DNA from: Kiritimatiellia bacterium
GTDB taxonomy: Bacteria > Verrucomicrobiota > Kiritimatiellia > JAAZAB01
NCBI GenBank assembly: GCA_040767085.1
Contig: JAXGPF010000005.1
Span: forward strand, 288,001 to 352,000
DNA: 64,000 bases
Reading direction: 5' to 3'
Below the pieces are notes generated by a model that saw only the letters and a list, made by a program, of their open reading frames with translations, had not been told where the DNA came from and searched no databases. Within the stretch, counting starts at the first letter, position 1. Every line of letters starts with the position of its first letter. Below, piece after piece: positions 60,727 through 64,000 of this stretch. Made by a program: the position numbers and the translations under genes.

Positions 60727-61467
60727 ATGAAGCCTGACCAGTCAAACTCAGCCGCCGGCGGTGACCGCGGCGCCGGCGCGCCCGTGCGGCCATGTCGCGC
60801 GCCGTTCGCTCTGGGCACAAGCGGACAGGCCGTGCTGGAAACGGCGCTGATGCTCCCGGTCTTCGTGCTGATGCTGATCGGCATCATGGAATTCGGCGTG
60901 CGTTCCTACAACCAGGGCCGCGCCGCCATGGCGGCGCGGCATGGCGCCTGGCTGGGCGTGCATGACCGGTACGACAAGATCGAAACGGAAGTGAAGAAAT
61001 TTTTCGCCGCAGACGCCGAGGTCAAGATCGAGAAGGCCAAGGAGGACCTCGACCTGGATTATCACAACGCGGCCATTGATTACGCCCTGTTCGCCTACAC
61101 CACCGGTTACACGTCCCACTCGCTCAAGAAAAACGTGAAAGTGTCGTTGACTTACAGCCGCGGCAAAATGCCCTACGCGCCGCCGGGGCCCTCTGACGGA
61201 CTGGAGTTCCTCTGGGGCAAAGTCTCCAACTTCACCGTCACCGCCGCGCGCGGCGATACCGACACCTGGGAGCAAGTGGACTTCATGACCATGTGCTGGT
61301 TTTTCCTGGCGTCCGGCGTCTGGCTGGATGTCCTGCTCAACCTGGGGATCGATCTCATTATTGATGGCATTTTCGAGCAGTTCGGCGAAATCGGCAAAAT
61401 CTTCTCATCCGTCGTTTACGAGATCATCCTGCGCCTGACCAATATTCCCGCCTTGAAATGCGATTGA
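60727..61467 (+). CDS. TadE/TadF-like pseudopilin
   Basis: SGQAVLETALMLPVFVLMLIGIMEFG...AARHGA TadE signature. Confidence 0.87.
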   Translation: MKPDQSNSAAGGDRGAGAPVRPCRAPFALGTSGQAVLETALMLPVFVLMLIGIMEFGVRSYNQGRAAMAARHGAWLGVHDRYDKIETEVKKFFAADAEVKIEKAKEDLDLDYHNAAIDYALFAYTTGYTSHSLKKNVKVSLTYSRGKMPYAPPGPSDGLEFLWGKVSNFTVTAARGDTDTWEQVDFMTMCWFFLASGVWLDVLLNLGIDLIIDGIFEQFGEIGKIFSSVVYEIILRLTNIPALKCD

Positions 61468-61506
61468 GCGCCGGCCCGCGCGCTGGCGGGAACTCGAGCG
61501 CGTTGG

Positions 61507-63180
61507 TCATGGCTGGACGGTTGGCGCAGGCGCGGTATTCAGTCCGGCGCGCGCGGCGGCGGCCGCCTGGGGGCGGGCGGAGAGCAGGTTTTGCACGACG
61601 GCGCATTGCGCGCGGGCGCGCCCGGCCAGTTCATCGTATGGCTCGGCCAGCTCCACCACCTGCCTGAAAGATTCCAGGGCTTCCGCGTAGAGATTCTGCT
61701 CCTTCAGCACATAACCGCGCTGGAAGGCTTGCCGGGCATAGTTCCTGATCCGGCGGCGCAGTTGTTCGCGTTCCGGGGAGGGCGCGGTTTGGCCGTCGAG
61801 AAAATCCAGGACGATGGCATTGTCCAGAATTGCCCGCCCGGCAGCCGCGGCCGCGAACAGCCGTCCGGCTTCCTCGGCGGCCGCCAGTTCCGCCTGCCCG
61901 CCGGCCAGGCGGCCGGCAAATGCGGCGCGTTGCGGCAAGAGCCGCGCGCGCAAGTTATCCAACGCCTGCTGCAGGTCTTGCTGAACGGAGGGAAACTGGC
62001 GCAACGCCGCGGATGCCAGGAGCGTGCTGCCGGCGGAGATGGCGGCGGCATAACGGTTGGAAGCGGCGGCAGCGGACTGGACGAGCATGACCTGCTCCAC
62101 TAGGCGGCTGCGGTCCTGGACTTCGCGCAGCAGGCGCGGGTCCGCATCCGCCTGGGCCATGATGCGCTGCAAACCGGCCAAGGCGGCCGGGTACTCCCGC
62201 CGCTGGAGACAGTCGTCCGCCTGGCGGAAATCATGGCGCCAGCCAACCTGGCGCCGCGCCGCCTCGAGGAATTCCACGCGGTTGCCGTCATCGGGGATGA
62301 CAATGGTTTCGAGGATTTTCACGGCGGCTTCCCACTCGCCGCGGCCGGCCAGGGCTTGGGCCTGTTGAAACTGCTGCATGCCATCGAGAATGCGCCGGAA
62401 GAATTTGACGTCATCGTTGCCGGGCGCCACAATCTCCATGTCCTGCAAGGCGGCGCGGGCGCCGGCCGTGTTGCCCAGGCGCAGGCATTCCTCGCCACGC
62501 TGCAACAGTTCGGGCAGCGCCCGGGTGCGGACCAGCCCCAGGTAACTGCCGGCGCGCACGTCGTTGGGATTATCGGCGAGGGCCGCGTTGAACAACCGGG
62601 CGGCGCCGACGTAATCGTTGCGTTCGTACAGCGCCCGCTCGCCCTGGTTGATCAGACTGCCGGCCTGGTCGAGCTGGGCCTGCTGCTGCGTGGAAACCAC
62701 CGGCAGGGCCACGGGCGGAAGGCTGTCCGGCACGGCCGGCAACGCGTCGGACGGAGTCGCCGGCGGCGGCGGCGCCGGCGCGGACCGGCGGGCGGCCAGC
62801 CAGGCCGCGAGCGCCAGGACCAGCAATCCCAGCAAAACCGCCGGTAGGAGCGTCGGACGGCGGCGCGGCGGCGCGGCGGCGCCGTCAAACTCGCTAACGG
62901 CGAGGGTATAATCGGCAATGGTAAATTCCTGGCCGGCGGCCAGCGGGCAGGCCCGGCTGCCGATCCGCTTGCCGGCGATATAGACTCCGTTAATGCTGCC
63001 GGCATCGCGGATGGTTAACCCGCGGCTATCCAGGTGCAGCCGGGCGTGGAGGGATGACACCTGGGGCGATTCCAGCGTTACATTACAATCGGGCGCGCGC
63101 CCGATGGTACAGGGCTGCGCCTGCGGCGTCAATTCCGCGATCCGCACGGCGCCGCTTTTGTCTTTAATGGTTAATTTCAT
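61507..63180 (-). CDS. FHA-domain membrane protein with C-terminal TPR-like helices
   Basis: IGRAPDC...VSSLHA...DAGSINGVYI FHA domain, one transmembrane segment, Pro-rich linker, helical repeats. Confidence 0.85.
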   Translation of the reverse strand: MKLTIKDKSGAVRIAELTPQAQPCTIGRAPDCNVTLESPQVSSLHARLHLDSRGLTIRDAGSINGVYIAGKRIGSRACPLAAGQEFTIADYTLAVSEFDGAAAPPRRRPTLLPAVLLGLLVLALAAWLAARRSAPAPPPPATPSDALPAVPDSLPPVALPVVSTQQQAQLDQAGSLINQGERALYERNDYVGAARLFNAALADNPNDVRAGSYLGLVRTRALPELLQRGEECLRLGNTAGARAALQDMEIVAPGNDDVKFFRRILDGMQQFQQAQALAGRGEWEAAVKILETIVIPDDGNRVEFLEAARRQVGWRHDFRQADDCLQRREYPAALAGLQRIMAQADADPRLLREVQDRSRLVEQVMLVQSAAAASNRYAAAISAGSTLLASAALRQFPSVQQDLQQALDNLRARLLPQRAAFAGRLAGGQAELAAAEEAGRLFAAAAAGRAILDNAIVLDFLDGQTAPSPEREQLRRRIRNYARQAFQRGYVLKEQNLYAEALESFRQVVELAEPYDELAGRARAQCAVVQNLLSARPQAAAAARAGLNTAPAPTVQP

Positions 63181-63192
63181 AATGCCTGCCTG

Positions 63193-64000
63193 TTACCCGT
63201 TGCCGCCGGGCGCCGGCAGGGCGACGGCGGCCTTCCATCGGCCCAGCGCGTAGCGATAGGGCTGTGAATCCTGGTTCGGATACAGTTTCATGATATTATC
63301 GGCGGCGCGCATGGCCTCATCGCGCGCGCGCAACGCCAGGGACTGCTCCAGCGCCACCTGCAACTCGCGCAGCTTGGTCTTGCGGAACCGGTTGATCAGC
63401 ATCAGGCTGTCCAGCGCCTGCGTGTACTCCGGCGGGCGCGGGTCGAGCTGGCGCAGGCCGGCCAGCACGGAGAGAAATTGCCGCACGGCGCGCGGATAAT
63501 TGCCGATATTCACATCCCGGGCGGCCATCAACTGCTGGCCGAATTCCAGCGCCTGGCGGGCGGCCGCCGGTGAATCCAGCGGTACGAGTTCGGCCATGGT
63601 TTTCCGGACTTGCAGCCGGCCGATCTGCGACCCGGAGATTTTAACGCTCTGCAGCACCGGCTCCAGCAAGGCGGCGCGGGCGCCGGGATCGGCGCCCCAC
63701 GCATTCAAAAGGACAAAATACTCGTCCGCATCGTGGCAGACACAGGCGCCCGCCACGGCATGTCCGTCCAGCAAGCCGGTAAAGCGCATGGCCGCCCGGC
63801 CGTCAATCTCGCCGGGGGTATTGGTGATGACCACGAAGGCAGGGTAAATATCCGTCAGGTACTGCACGAAATTCAAAAACGCATCATTAATCCCGCCAAA
63901 GAGGGCGATGGGGTCAATATTGACCCCGGCATAGAGGGCGGCATCGTCCCCCGGCGCTTCGTATTGGGCGAAGGTTTCGCTGGAGAAGGCCGGGGCGGCC
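63193..64000 (-). CDS. Hypothetical protein, 5' end outside the window
   Basis: The frame of ORF 63193-63876 stays open to the window edge; its stop lies 12 bp before the FHA gene start; helical C-terminus. Confidence 0.65.
   Translation of the reverse strand, partial: AAPAFSSETFAQYEAPGDDAALYAGVNIDPIALFGGINDAFLNFVQYLTDIYPAFVVITNTPGEIDGRAAMRFTGLLDGHAVAGACVCHDADEYFVLLNAWGADPGARAALLEPVLQSVKISGSQIGRLQVRKTMAELVPLDSPAAARQALEFGQQLMAARDVNIGNYPRAVRQFLSVLAGLRQLDPRPPEYTQALDSLMLINRFRKTKLRELQVALEQSLALRARDEAMRAADNIMKLYPNQDSQPYRYALGRWKAAVALPAPGGNG

Overview
High-GC bacterial chromosome segment. A PVC-superphylum origin such as Kiritimatiellae or Lentisphaerae is my inference from gene style, not something the sequence proves. 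Bases 1-38,900 are mostly housekeeping and metabolic genes: an NtrC-type regulator, an M48 peptidase, gnd-HAD-nagA, dapL/apt/tcdA, tRNA-Arg(CCG), heptose genes, a LacI/DegT/GH29 cluster, a complete rnfABCDGE operon and nusA-infB-rbfA-truB-ribF-rpsO-pnp. This part is interrupted by an IS1202-like element with a 16-bp target duplication. Bases ~39,000-56,300 form an accessory island. It holds a REP-associated tyrosine transposase fused to a DprA/SLOG-like domain with REP hairpins inside its reading frame, an orphan type I-C one-spacer mini-array, a type I-E array that is garbled in its middle, and a type I-E cas operon. The operon carries three non-canonical genes: a HEAT-repeat/Cys4/PD-(D/E)XK nuclease-like gene between cas6e and cas7, a stand-alone DEDDy exonuclease coupled to cas2, and an XRE regulator with an apparently dead IrrE/ImmA domain coupled to cas3. 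An ISL3 element appears to sit between the -35 and -10 boxes of the operon's promoter. The window ends with MscS-like, PaaK-like, TadG/TadE-like and FHA/TPR genes. All calls come from reading motifs by eye; no database searches were run.
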